Shown one piece after another: positions 10,249-23,295 of a stretch of DNA of 64,000 nt. A program made the position numbers and the translations under genes. Each line of letters opens with the position of its first letter. Positions within the stretch are counted from its first letter, which is position 1. The notes below the pieces were generated by a model, which did no database searches, was not told the DNA's origin, and saw only the letters and a program-made list of their open reading frames with translations. This DNA comes from Escherichia coli (GTDB lineage Bacteria; Pseudomonadota; Gammaproteobacteria; Enterobacterales; Enterobacteriaceae), in assembly GCF_044324785.1 (NCBI RefSeq), contig NZ_CP172127.1; one strand, given 5' to 3'.

Positions 10249-11790
10249 ATGCGTAAGATAACAACCGCCGAGGCACTGGCGGCGCAAATTCAGGACGGCG
10301 CAACCATTGCCATTAGCGGTAACGGCGGCGGCATGGTGGAAGCTGACCATATTATGGCCGCCATTGAAGCGCGTTTCCTGCAAACCGGACACCCTCGCGA
10401 TCTGACATTGATCCACTCGCTGGGTATTGGCGATCGCGACAGCAAAGGCACTAACCGTTTTGCTCACGCCGAAATGCTCAAACGCATTATTGCCGGACAT
10501 TTTACCTGGTCGCCCAAGATGCAGGAACTGGTGAAAAGCAATGCTATTGAAGCCTACTGTTTCCCTGGTGGCGTGATTCAGGCGTTGCTACGGGAGATCG
10601 GTGCCGGACGTCCGGGGCTTTTTACCCACGTTGGGCTGGGATCGTTTGTTGATCCACGCAATGGCGGCGGTAAGTCGAATGAATGCACTACCGACGACCT
10701 GGTAGAACTGATTGAAATCGACGGTGAGACCAAACTTCGTTATCGCCCTTTCAAAGTGGATTACGCGATTTTGCGTGGCACTTATGCCGATCCACGAGGC
10801 AACGTTAGCCTCGAAGAAGAAGCGATTGATATGGATAGCTATTCGATGGCGCTGGCAGCACACAACAGCGGTGGCAAAGTGTTCGTACAGGTACGCGATG
10901 TGCTGGAAGCAGGTGCCATTGAACCACGCCGGGTTAAATTACCGGGGATTCTGGTTGATGGCATCGTTGAACACCGCGAACAGCCACAAACCTATCTTGG
11001 CAGTTACGACCTGACCATCAGCGGCCAACATCGCCGTCTGAGTTCTAACGACGCTATTGAGCTGGTTAGTCATCCGGTGCGTCGCCTGATTGCCCGTCGG
11101 GCAGCGCGGGAACTGGTGGCAGGCGCTTCAACCAACTTTGGCTTTGGTATTCCCGGCGGCATTCCAGGAGTAGCGCTGCGCGAAGGCGTGCCTTACCAAA
11201 GTTTATGGCTGAGCGTCGAGCAAGGCGTGCATAACGGTATGATGCTGGATGATGCGTTTTTCGGCTGCGCCCGCAACGCCGATGCCATTATTCCATCACT
11301 CGATCAATTTGAGTTCTACAGTGGTGGAGGGATCGATATCACCTTCCTCGGCATGGGAGAGATGGATCAGTACGGTAACGTCAACGTATCCCATCTCAAT
11401 GGCAATCTGATTGGCCCCGGCGGATTTCTCGAAATTGCGCAAAATGCCCGTAAAGTGGTGTTCTGCGGCACGTTCGACGCTAAAGGCAGCAAAATCGATA
11501 TAACGCCAGATGGCTTGCATATCGCCCAGTCAGGTCAAATCCCTAAACTGGTTACCCAGGTGGAAAAAATCACTTTTAGCGCCGCCTACGCACAGCAAAG
11601 TGGTCAGGAAGTGTTGTATATCACTGAGCGCGCAGTATTCCAGTTAACGGCAGAAGGCGTTGAATTAATTGAAATCGCGCCGGGTGTAGAGATTGAGCGC
11701 GACATTCTGCCGTTCATGGCTTTCCGTCCAATTATCAAGCACCCACGCCTGATGGAAAGTAGCCTGTTTACGCCGATGGAGGATGCATGA
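10249..11790 (+). CDS. Family-I CoA-transferase (acyl-CoA:acetate/3-ketoacid type, fused subunits)
   Basis: 513-aa ORF; resembles YdiF-like fused alpha/beta CoA-transferases; SD aagga upstream; translationally coupled to flanking genes. Confidence 0.7.
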   Translation: MRKITTAEALAAQIQDGATIAISGNGGGMVEADHIMAAIEARFLQTGHPRDLTLIHSLGIGDRDSKGTNRFAHAEMLKRIIAGHFTWSPKMQELVKSNAIEAYCFPGGVIQALLREIGAGRPGLFTHVGLGSFVDPRNGGGKSNECTTDDLVELIEIDGETKLRYRPFKVDYAILRGTYADPRGNVSLEEEAIDMDSYSMALAAHNSGGKVFVQVRDVLEAGAIEPRRVKLPGILVDGIVEHREQPQTYLGSYDLTISGQHRRLSSNDAIELVSHPVRRLIARRAARELVAGASTNFGFGIPGGIPGVALREGVPYQSLWLSVEQGVHNGMMLDDAFFGCARNADAIIPSLDQFEFYSGGGIDITFLGMGEMDQYGNVNVSHLNGNLIGPGGFLEIAQNARKVVFCGTFDAKGSKIDITPDGLHIAQSGQIPKLVTQVEKITFSAAYAQQSGQEVLYITERAVFQLTAEGVELIEIAPGVEIERDILPFMAFRPIIKHPRLMESSLFTPMEDA

Positions 11791-13859
11791 GTCAGCTTGA
11801 TGACACCATCCTTGATGCGCTGACGCACGTCACTTTCCCAAAGGGGTTTGTGTCAGCAGAGCCAACGTCAATTGTCACCGTTGAGGATGTTGATTACCCG
11901 ATCTGGCAAGTTGATGCGCTGGTCGTTGGTAGCGGCGCAGCAGGATTACGTGCGGCAGTTGAACTTAAACGCCGCCAGCAAAATGTGCTGATCGCCACCG
12001 CCGGGTTATATATGGGGACGTCGGCATGTTCTGGTTCCGATAAACAGACGTTGTTTACCGCCGCTACCGCGGGCAACGGCGACAACTTCGCCAAACTGGC
12101 AGAGGCACTTGCGAGCGGTGGGGCGATGGATCACGACACCGCTTATGTCGAAGCGGTAGGTTCTCTGCACACTCTTGGCGGGTTGCAATATCTTGGTCTG
12201 GAATTACCGGAAGATCGCTATGGCGCGATTCTTCGTTATCAAACCGACCATGACGAAGCCGGGCGTGCAACCTCGTGTGGGCCGCGTACCTCAAGGTTAA
12301 TGGTGAAAGTGCTGCTGGAAGAAGTACAGCGTCTTGCTATCCCAATGTTGACCAGTGCAACAGTGATTAAACTGCTGCATCAGCGTGACGAAAACGGCGA
12401 AGACCGCGTGGCGGGGGCTATCCTCGCGACCGGTCATCGCGCCCATAACCCATGGGGGCTGGCAATTGTGATTGCGCCCAATGTGGTACTGGCAACAGGA
12501 GGGCCTGGCGAGCTTTATCGCGACAGTGTGTACCCACACAAATGTTTCGGCTCGCTGGGTCTGGCGCTGGAGGAAGGTCTGACGCTAACGAATCTGACTG
12601 AAAGCCAGTTTGGTATAGGCACACCGCGCAGCACGTTTCCGTGGAATTTGTCCGGGACTTATGTACAGGTGATCCCATATATCTATTCCGTGGATGCTGA
12701 GGGTAACGAGTATAACTTCCTCGCGGATTACTATCGCACCACCCAGGAGCTGGCTTCAAACATTTTCCGTAAAGGCTATCAGTGGCCGTTCCACGCCACT
12801 CGGGTGATGGATTTTGGCTCCAGCTTGTTAGATATGGCAGTAGCGCAAGAGCAGCAATCAGGGCGTCAGGTATTTATGGATTTCAATCGCAATCCTGAAG
12901 CGGTGCCGGGTGACCTGCCCTTCTCATTAGATCGACTGGACGACGACGTTCGCGCGTATCTGGAAAATAACGACGCTCTGGCACCATCGCCCATCGAACG
13001 GCTGCAACGAATGAATCCGCTGTCTATCTCGCTGTATAAGATGCACGGTTACGATCTCACCACACAGCCATTGCAGTTTGCCATGAATAATCAGCATATG
13101 AATGGCGGCATTGAAGTCGATATCTGGGGACAAACATCTCTACCCGGTTGTTTTGCAGTGGGGGAAGTTGCTGGCACACACGGCGTCACCCGACCTGGCG
13201 GCGCGGCATTGAATGCCGGGCAGGTTTTTGCTGTTCGTCTGGCACGTTTTATTGGTTGCACGCAAAAGCGGAATATTGATGGAGATATAGCACAGCTGGC
13301 AGCTCCGGCACTGGCTTCTATAAGAGAGATCATTACTCAGGCGCACGATAACGGGACCGGGATGCCGTTGTCGGTTGTGAGAGAAAAAATTCAGGCACGA
13401 ATGTCTGACCATGCGGGATTTATTTGTCATGCCGATAAAGTCCGACGCGCCACTCGTGATGCCCTGCTATTGAACGAATTTGTCCAACGGCATGGATTGG
13501 CAATCAAACATGTGGGTGAAGTTTCCGAGCTGTTTATGTGGCGGCATATGGCGCTGACTTCTGCCGCGGTATTAACACAATTAACGCATTATATTGATGC
13601 TGGTGGCGGCAGTCGTGGGGCGCGGATGGTTATTGATCCACAAGGCAAATGCCTACCACAAACTCGTCGCGGCGTAAAAGAAGAATGGCGTTTTCGCTCT
13701 GAACTCGCTGAAGATAAAAATCACAAATTAACAATTCAATATTCGCAAGGTTCTTTTATTACCGAAGTAAAGTCTTTACGTATGCAACCGTGTATTAACG
13801 GTATTTACTTTGAAAAAAACTGGCCAGACTTTTTAAAGGGAGACATTTACACACAATAA
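11787..13859 (+). CDS. FAD-binding oxidoreductase, fumarate reductase/succinate dehydrogenase flavoprotein superfamily
   Basis: 690-aa ORF overlapping the CoA-transferase stop (ATGA); VVGSGAAGLRAA dinucleotide fold at residue ~46 and C-terminal GEVAGTHGVTRPGGAALN motif typical of FrdA/SdhA/NadB. Confidence 0.75.
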   Translation: MSQLDDTILDALTHVTFPKGFVSAEPTSIVTVEDVDYPIWQVDALVVGSGAAGLRAAVELKRRQQNVLIATAGLYMGTSACSGSDKQTLFTAATAGNGDNFAKLAEALASGGAMDHDTAYVEAVGSLHTLGGLQYLGLELPEDRYGAILRYQTDHDEAGRATSCGPRTSRLMVKVLLEEVQRLAIPMLTSATVIKLLHQRDENGEDRVAGAILATGHRAHNPWGLAIVIAPNVVLATGGPGELYRDSVYPHKCFGSLGLALEEGLTLTNLTESQFGIGTPRSTFPWNLSGTYVQVIPYIYSVDAEGNEYNFLADYYRTTQELASNIFRKGYQWPFHATRVMDFGSSLLDMAVAQEQQSGRQVFMDFNRNPEAVPGDLPFSLDRLDDDVRAYLENNDALAPSPIERLQRMNPLSISLYKMHGYDLTTQPLQFAMNNQHMNGGIEVDIWGQTSLPGCFAVGEVAGTHGVTRPGGAALNAGQVFAVRLARFIGCTQKRNIDGDIAQLAAPALASIREIITQAHDNGTGMPLSVVREKIQARMSDHAGFICHADKVRRATRDALLLNEFVQRHGLAIKHVGEVSELFMWRHMALTSAAVLTQLTHYIDAGGGSRGARMVIDPQGKCLPQTRRGVKEEWRFRSELAEDKNHKLTIQYSQGSFITEVKSLRMQPCINGIYFEKNWPDFLKGDIYTQ

Positions 13860-13951
13860 TTTTCAATATTTCCTCTGTACCTGATTTTTATTGCCTATTA
13901 CATGGAAATACCAACAACCAGGGTTTATTAATATAATTAAAAGGTTTAAAA

Positions 13952-15229
13952 ATGAATAAAATAAAGAATTATCGATGGCATATGATTGCCCTCGTATGCT
14001 TTATCACTGTAATCAATTATCTGGACAGAACGGCGTTAGGTATTGCGGCTCCAACGATTATGGAGACAACCGGAATAACTAAAGAGCAATATTCATGGAT
14101 TGTCAGTGCATTCCAGTTGGCCTATACATTAGGGCAACCGGTAATGGGCTTCTTTATTGATACCGTGGGTCTGAAGTTAAGTTTTGCGATATGTGCCGCA
14201 ATTTGGGGCCTGGCGACAATGGGCCATGCACTAACCGGAACGTGGTCTGGTCTGGCATTTATGCGCGCCCTGATGGGTTTCAGCGAAGCGTCGGCAATTC
14301 CGGCGGGTGTAAAAACCGCATCAACATGGTTCCCGGCAAAAGAGCGTGGCGTGGCGACAGGTGTTTTCAATATGGGCACCTCACTCGGCGCGATGCTTGC
14401 TCCACCGTTGATTGCCTGGTGCATTATGTTTCATAGCTGGCAATTTGCGTTTATTGTTTCAGGTAGCCTTGCTTTGCTCGCGGCTTTATTTTGGTTCTTT
14501 TGTTATAAAGATCCGAAAGATGCCAAACGCCTTTCTGATGAAGAGCGCCACTATATTGAATCAGGGCAAGAACAGCATCTTAAAACAGATAAGAAAGAAA
14601 AAACGTCAATCAAGCATATCCTCAGCCAACGTAATTTCTGGGGGATTGGCATCGCGCGTTTTCTCGCAGACCCGGCATGGGGAACCATTAACTTCTGGGT
14701 GCCGATTTTCTTCGTCGAAACGCTGCATTTTAGCCTGAAAGAAATTGCCATGTTCGTCTGGCTGCCTTTCCTGCTGGGCGATCTCGGCTGTTTAGCCAGT
14801 GGTTTTGTCGCGAAGTTCTTCCACGATCGCGGCGTGAGTTTAATTAACTCACGAAGAATTACCTTCACTATTGCAGCCGTCATTATGATGACGATTGGCC
14901 TGGTGAGTATTGTCGAAAATCCCTACATTGCCGTATTACTGATTAGTATTGGCGCGTTCTCGCATCAATGTCTTTCTACTGTAGCAGCAACTCTGGGTGG
15001 CGATCTGTTCAAAAAAGACGAAGTAGCTACCGCAGTGGGTATGGCAGGAGCCTGTGCGTGGAGCGGTCAGTTGATTTTCAACCTGTTCATCGGGGCATTC
15101 GTTCACATTATCGGCTTCGCGCCGTTCTTTATTGCCCTGGCTTTCTTTGACATTATTGGTGCTATTGCGTTGTGGACGCTTATCAAAGTTAAAGATGAAG
15201 AACCGCAAGTACAGCTAGCTACCCATTAA
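13952..15229 (+). CDS. MFS transporter
   Basis: 425-aa ORF with ~12 predicted hydrophobic helices; AT-rich codon usage. Confidence 0.75.
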   Translation: MNKIKNYRWHMIALVCFITVINYLDRTALGIAAPTIMETTGITKEQYSWIVSAFQLAYTLGQPVMGFFIDTVGLKLSFAICAAIWGLATMGHALTGTWSGLAFMRALMGFSEASAIPAGVKTASTWFPAKERGVATGVFNMGTSLGAMLAPPLIAWCIMFHSWQFAFIVSGSLALLAALFWFFCYKDPKDAKRLSDEERHYIESGQEQHLKTDKKEKTSIKHILSQRNFWGIGIARFLADPAWGTINFWVPIFFVETLHFSLKEIAMFVWLPFLLGDLGCLASGFVAKFFHDRGVSLINSRRITFTIAAVIMMTIGLVSIVENPYIAVLLISIGAFSHQCLSTVAATLGGDLFKKDEVATAVGMAGACAWSGQLIFNLFIGAFVHIIGFAPFFIALAFFDIIGAIALWTLIKVKDEEPQVQLATH

Positions 15230-15240
15230 TTATTTTAAAT

Positions 15241-15273
15241 AAAAACGCTATAATTGAGGTTATGGCGTTTTTA
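15241..15273 (+). terminator. Predicted rho-independent terminator after the MFS gene
   Basis: Hairpin acgctataa...ttatggcgt followed by a T-run. Confidence 0.5.
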
Positions 15274-15499
15274 AAGAAGCTTGAGTTATCGAACCTCGCT
15301 TACCAACGCGTTGTCAATCATATCCCCCCTCCCTGCTGCATCGTTATATCCACAATGAGCGATTTTTGATATTAATATCTTTCACCATCCGCTATTTTCA
15401 CTACTTCAGAAAACAAACTTATTTTTATTAATATCGATTCTTTATTCTGTAAACATTCAGCTGAGATATTTATAAAAACATTAAACAGGCAACGATACA

Positions 15500-16294
15500 A
15501 TGACATTACCAACCACTATTTATTCATTTCCTGCATATTCACCCCGTTTTTCGTCCACCGACAAACCAGTAAAATTAAAATTTCATCAATACGCACGCGC
15601 TACATTACTTTCAAATCGTGGAAGAGATCATAATTGCGATGGCAGACATACTGTTGAGATCCACAAACTAGATCTCTCAGACTGGCAAGCATTCAATAAA
15701 CTAGCGATGGCGTGTAATGCTTACGATGGAATAACAATGAATGGTGATAATTCTTTTGGATGGAACCATGAAGCTACATTAGATAATATTCACGCCCAGA
15801 AATACAATAAAGCTTACGCGGGTGCGAGGTTAACCGCAGAACTGAAATATTTATTGCAAGATGTCGAATCCTTCGAACCCAACAGTAAATACACAATACA
15901 CGAGGTTGTTTTGGGTCCAGGTTATGGTACTCCAGACTATACCGGCCAAACGATAGGATACGTTGTAACCCTTCCTGCCCAAATGCCTAATTGCTGGTCA
16001 TCTGAACTACCAACAATCGATCTTTATATCGACCAACTTCGCACTGTTACAGGCGTTTCTAATGCCCTCGGATTCATCATTGCTGCATTGCTAAACGCGT
16101 ATTCTGATTTACCCCATGATTTGAAAATTGGTCTGCGTTCCTTATCAAGTTCAGCAGCAATCTACTCGGGTTTGGGTTTCGAGCGAGTGCCGCAGGGCCG
16201 AGACATAAGGTGCGATCATATGCATCTAACGCCAGCAAACCATCCTGAATTATGGACACAAGAGAATGGTGAATGGATCTACTTGCGAAACTAA
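15500..16294 (+). CDS. yjfZ: DUF2686-family protein of unknown function
   Basis: 264-aa ORF; length and position next to rplI match K-12 yjfZ; AT-rich upstream region. Confidence 0.7.
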   Translation: MTLPTTIYSFPAYSPRFSSTDKPVKLKFHQYARATLLSNRGRDHNCDGRHTVEIHKLDLSDWQAFNKLAMACNAYDGITMNGDNSFGWNHEATLDNIHAQKYNKAYAGARLTAELKYLLQDVESFEPNSKYTIHEVVLGPGYGTPDYTGQTIGYVVTLPAQMPNCWSSELPTIDLYIDQLRTVTGVSNALGFIIAALLNAYSDLPHDLKIGLRSLSSSAAIYSGLGFERVPQGRDIRCDHMHLTPANHPELWTQENGEWIYLRN

Positions 16295-16316
16295 TACCTG
16301 ACGAAAAATAGAAAGC

Positions 16317-16343
16317 AAAACGCCGACCACTGGTCGGCGTTTT
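16317..16343. terminator. Bidirectional rho-independent terminator between convergent yjfZ and rplI
   Basis: Perfect hairpin aaaacgccgaccactggtcggcgtttt with A-run on one side and T-run on the other. Confidence 0.7.
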
Positions 16344-16364
16344 TACGTCTCGTTGAATAACGAA

Positions 16365-16826
<462 letters not shown>

Positions 16827-16855
16827 TCAAAGTCGTATTAATGGACCGTGACCGA

Positions 16856-17402
<547 letters not shown>

Positions 17403-17408
17403 CAGAAA

Positions 17409-17990
<582 letters not shown>

Positions 17991-18130
17991 TTCATCACAC
18001 ATCATCATGGTGTTTTTTTGAACAACTGCATCAGAAATGGTCACCATCAACTTCTTTATCATTGATTAAAATTAAATCAGAAGATCATCACAAAGGAGAG
18101 CACACAAAGTCAGCCGTCGAGGAGGTATCT

Positions 18131-18406
18131 ATGTTCAGTCGTGTTTTAGCCCTTCTGGCTGTGCTTTTGCTAAGTGCAAATACATGGGCAGCCATTGAAA
18201 TTAATAACCACCAGGCCAGAAATATGGACGATGTGCAAAGCTTAGGCGTGATTTATATCAACCATAACTTCGCCACTGAAAGTGAAGCACGTCAGGCATT
18301 AAATGAAGAGACAGATGCGCAGGGCGCAACGTACTACCACGTGATTCTGATGCGGGAACCGGGGAGTAACGGCAATATGCACGCCAGCGCGGATATTTAT
18401 CGCTAG
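18131..18406 (+). CDS. yjfY: DUF1471 (YhcN/BhsA-family) small secreted stress protein
   Basis: ORF 18062..18406 (TTG-initiated in the track); 91-aa product from ATG 18131 preceded by ggagg SD; signal peptide. Confidence 0.85.
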   Translation: MFSRVLALLAVLLLSANTWAAIEINNHQARNMDDVQSLGVIYINHNFATESEARQALNEETDAQGATYYHVILMREPGSNGNMHASADIYR

Positions 18407-18445
18407 CACCAGGTATAACCAACGAAACATTGCCATAGTTTGCTT

Positions 18446-18471
18446 TGCCCCCTTCGCAGGGGGCTTTTTTT
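18446..18471 (+). terminator. Rho-independent terminator of yjfY
   Basis: gcccccttcgcagggggc hairpin followed by a run of seven T. Confidence 0.8.
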
Positions 18472-18534
18472 GAAAAACGGCTGCGGAATTAGACCAGTTA
18501 TCTCCCGAGGAAGGAAATTTCCGCAGCGCGTGTT

Positions 18535-19221
18535 TTACTTCTGCCCGTAATAAGCGTTGGGACCATGCTTACGCATGAAGTGTTTATTCATCAGGAAGCT
18601 GTCGATGTGATTCAGTTGTGGGTTAATGCCGCGGGCAATCCACGCCATTTTCGCCACTTCTTCCATCACCACCGCATTATGCACCGCATCGTGAGCATCT
18701 TTCCCCCAGGCGAACGGCCCGTGCTGATACACCACAATCCCCGGTGTATGCAGCGGCTCGGCGTTGCCCAGCGTTTCGATAATTACTTTGCCGGTGTTCA
18801 GTTCGTACTCGCCCTGCACCTCTTCTTCGCTTAATCCGCGCGTACACGGGATATCGCCAAAGAAGTAGTCGGCGTGCGTGGTGCCTAACGCCGGGATCGC
18901 CAGCCCCGCCTGCGCCCATGCGGTAGCATGAGTGGAGTGGGTATGGACAATGCCACCAAGCGACGGATAACGACGGTAGAGTTCGAGATGCGTCGCAGTA
19001 TCGGAAGACGGGCGATACGCCCCTTCCACCACCTTGCCGCTCATATCGACCACCACCATATCGCCTGCTTTCATGGTTTCGTAGGCGACGCCGCTGGGCT
19101 TGATCACCACCAGCCCGCGTTCGCGGTCGATGGCGCTGACGTTGCCCCAGGTAAAGGTCACCAGCCCGTAACGCGGCAGATCCATGTTGGCTTCAAATAC
19201 CTGCTGTTTCAGCTTTTGCAT
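18535..19221 (-). CDS. ulaF: L-ribulose-5-phosphate 4-epimerase
   Basis: 228-aa product from internal Met ([12 protein letters not shown]...); class II aldolase fold; ula operon synteny. Confidence 0.92.
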   Translation of the reverse strand: MQKLKQQVFEANMDLPRYGLVTFTWGNVSAIDRERGLVVIKPSGVAYETMKAGDMVVVDMSGKVVEGAYRPSSDTATHLELYRRYPSLGGIVHTHSTHATAWAQAGLAIPALGTTHADYFFGDIPCTRGLSEEEVQGEYELNTGKVIIETLGNAEPLHTPGIVVYQHGPFAWGKDAHDAVHNAVVMEEVAKMAWIARGINPQLNHIDSFLMNKHFMRKHGPNAYYGQK

Positions 19222-20075
19222 TATGCCGCCTCCACCATGCCAGCTTTGGCCATGCGCGCTTTCACCCAATCACGCGCTTTCGCCACTTCCGCCGCCGGGT
19301 CTTCCGCCGTTTCGCTCCACATCTCAATCAGGTACGGCCCGCAATAGCCACTCTGTTTGAGCGTTTCGAAGCAACGTTCGAAATCCACTACGCCTTCGCC
19401 AAACGGCACATTTTTGAAGACGCCTGGTTTGGTGTCTTTCACATGCACCGCGACGATATGCCCAATTCCGGCCTGCAATTCCATCTGCACGTCGTTGTCC
19501 CACGCCGACAGGTTGCCGATATCCGGATAGAGCTGGAACCACGGGTTGTTGAGATAGTGCGCATAGCCCAGCGCCTTGCTGATGGAGTTCATCAATGGAT
19601 AATCCATGATCTCCATTGCCAGCGTCACCTGCGCGCGGCTTGCCATCTCAACGCTCTCTTTCAGGCCGTCACGGAAACGACGACGCGTTTCGTTATTGGC
19701 TTCCTGATAGTAAACGTCATAGCCCGCCAGTTGGATCACGCGAATGCCAACGTCCTGGGCGAACTGGATAGCTTTACGCATAATCTCCAGCCCCTGCGCC
19801 CGCACCGCGTCATCTTCGCTACCCAGCGGGAAACGACGATGAGCAGAAAGGCACATAGACGGTACACGCACGCCGGTTTCAACAATCGCATTCACCAGCG
19901 CCAGACGCTGCTCGCGGCTCCAGTCGAGGCGCGACAGGCGATCGTCAGTTTCATCTACCGACATCTCGACAAAATCGAAGCCTAACGTTTTTGCCAGTTG
20001 CAGCCGTTCCAGCCAGCACTCCCCGGCGGGGAGCGCTTTTTCATAGATGCCAAGCGGGATTTGTTTGGACAACAT
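19221..20075 (-). CDS. ulaE: L-ribulose-5-phosphate 3-epimerase
   Basis: 284-aa ORF; xylose-isomerase-like TIM barrel. Confidence 0.92.
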   Translation of the reverse strand: MLSKQIPLGIYEKALPAGECWLERLQLAKTLGFDFVEMSVDETDDRLSRLDWSREQRLALVNAIVETGVRVPSMCLSAHRRFPLGSEDDAVRAQGLEIMRKAIQFAQDVGIRVIQLAGYDVYYQEANNETRRRFRDGLKESVEMASRAQVTLAMEIMDYPLMNSISKALGYAHYLNNPWFQLYPDIGNLSAWDNDVQMELQAGIGHIVAVHVKDTKPGVFKNVPFGEGVVDFERCFETLKQSGYCGPYLIEMWSETAEDPAAEVAKARDWVKARMAKAGMVEAA

Positions 20076-20084
20076 ATCCGCTCC

Positions 20085-20735
20085 TTAGCCCCACAGTTCG
20101 GCGATGGAACGTTTGAACTGACGCGCAGCTTCAACCGGAGAAGCGGCATCACGGATACTGCGACCAGCGATAAACACATGAATCGGAATGCCTTTGAACA
20201 GCGGCAGATCTTCCAGCGCTAGGCCACCGGTGACGGTCACTTTAAAGCCCATATCGGACAGACGTTTGATCGCGGTAATGTCAGCTTCGCCCCACGCCAC
20301 GCCTGCGGCCTGCGCGTCACGGCTGCGGTGATAAACCACCTGCTGAATACCTGCGTCGCGCCACTGTTGCGCCTGTTCCCAGGTCCAGTAGCCAGTCAGT
20401 TCGATCTGCACGTCGCCGTTAAACTCTTTTGCCACGTCCAGCGCGCCCTTGGCGGTGTTGATATCCGCACAGCAAATTACGGTCACCCAGTCAGCGTTGG
20501 CTTCGAAGCACATACGAGAAAGGATTTTGCCCGCATCGGCAATTTTGGCGTCTGCCAGTACGATTTTGTGCGGGTAAAGCGCTTTCAGGTCACGAACTGC
20601 ACGCACGCCTTCGCCTACGCACAGAATGGTGCCCACTTCGATAATGTCGACTTCTTCGGCAATCAGGCGAGTGGTTTCGTAGGCGCTATCCATAGTCTGG
20701 TTGTCCAGCGCGACTTGCAACATTGGTAATGACAT
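20085..20735 (-). CDS. ulaD: 3-keto-L-gulonate-6-phosphate decarboxylase
   Basis: 216-aa product from internal Met ([13 protein letters not shown]...). Confidence 0.92.
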   Translation of the reverse strand: MSLPMLQVALDNQTMDSAYETTRLIAEEVDIIEVGTILCVGEGVRAVRDLKALYPHKIVLADAKIADAGKILSRMCFEANADWVTVICCADINTAKGALDVAKEFNGDVQIELTGYWTWEQAQQWRDAGIQQVVYHRSRDAQAAGVAWGEADITAIKRLSDMGFKVTVTGGLALEDLPLFKGIPIHVFIAGRSIRDAASPVEAARQFKRSIAELWG

Positions 20736-20748
20736 GTTCAATTCCTTC

Positions 20749-21213
20749 TTAAGCTGCCGCGTTGGTGCGGTCAATGAGATCCAGTACTTCCTGCTCGGTA
20801 CGGCAGGCACGTAAACGGTCGAAATTCTCTTCATCTTCAAACAGATTGACGATCTGCATGATGCCCACTTCCTGGTGAGTGTTGGCATCGACCGCCGCCA
20901 TGGTGATGAGGATATCCACCGGATCGTTATCTTCGTGGTTGAACTCCAGCGGCTTTTTCAGCGTCACCAGCGCAAAACCGGTTTTCTTAACGCCCTCTTC
21001 CGGGCGACCGTGCGGCATTGCCAGGCCTGGTGCGAGCACAAAGTACGGACCGTGCTGTTCAACCGCATCCAGAATCGCCTGGTAGTAACGCGGCTCGACA
21101 ACATCCGCCGCCACCAGCAGGTCAACGCCGATTTTCACTGCGTCCTGCCATGTCTCAGCTTCAGCCTGCAGGCGGATGGATTTATTCTCCGCCAGCGAAT
21201 CACGTAATTTCAT
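20749..21213 (-). CDS. ulaC: Ascorbate-specific PTS EIIA
   Basis: 154-aa ORF. Confidence 0.92.
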   Translation of the reverse strand: MKLRDSLAENKSIRLQAEAETWQDAVKIGVDLLVAADVVEPRYYQAILDAVEQHGPYFVLAPGLAMPHGRPEEGVKKTGFALVTLKKPLEFNHEDNDPVDILITMAAVDANTHQEVGIMQIVNLFEDEENFDRLRACRTEQEVLDLIDRTNAAA

Positions 21214-21222
21214 GGCGCGTCC

Positions 21223-21528
21223 TTACTTCACGTCCTGCGGGAAATGCTCTTTGATCACTTCCAGCAGTTTCGGGCCAAAGTCGGCAGGAGAGAGCATGTT
21301 GCGCACACCAACCACGTATTTGTTGCCGGTCACGGTGATTTCGCCCGCAATGTGCGTAGAAGCGATGATGATATCCGCGCCGCTCAACTCGCTTTTGTAT
21401 TCGCCAACCGCGCAGCTGTTTACCGTGTGGTCAATGTTTGATTGGGTTAAAAACTGGTCCACTTTCATCTTCATGATCATGGAACTGCCTTGTCCGTTGC
21501 CACACACAGCCAGAATACGTACGGTCAT
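21223..21528 (-). CDS. ulaB: Ascorbate-specific PTS EIIB
   Basis: 101-aa product ([16 protein letters not shown]... with active-site Cys). Confidence 0.92.
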
Positions 21529-21543
21529 AATCAAAACTCCTTA

Positions 21544-23295
<1,752 letters not shown>

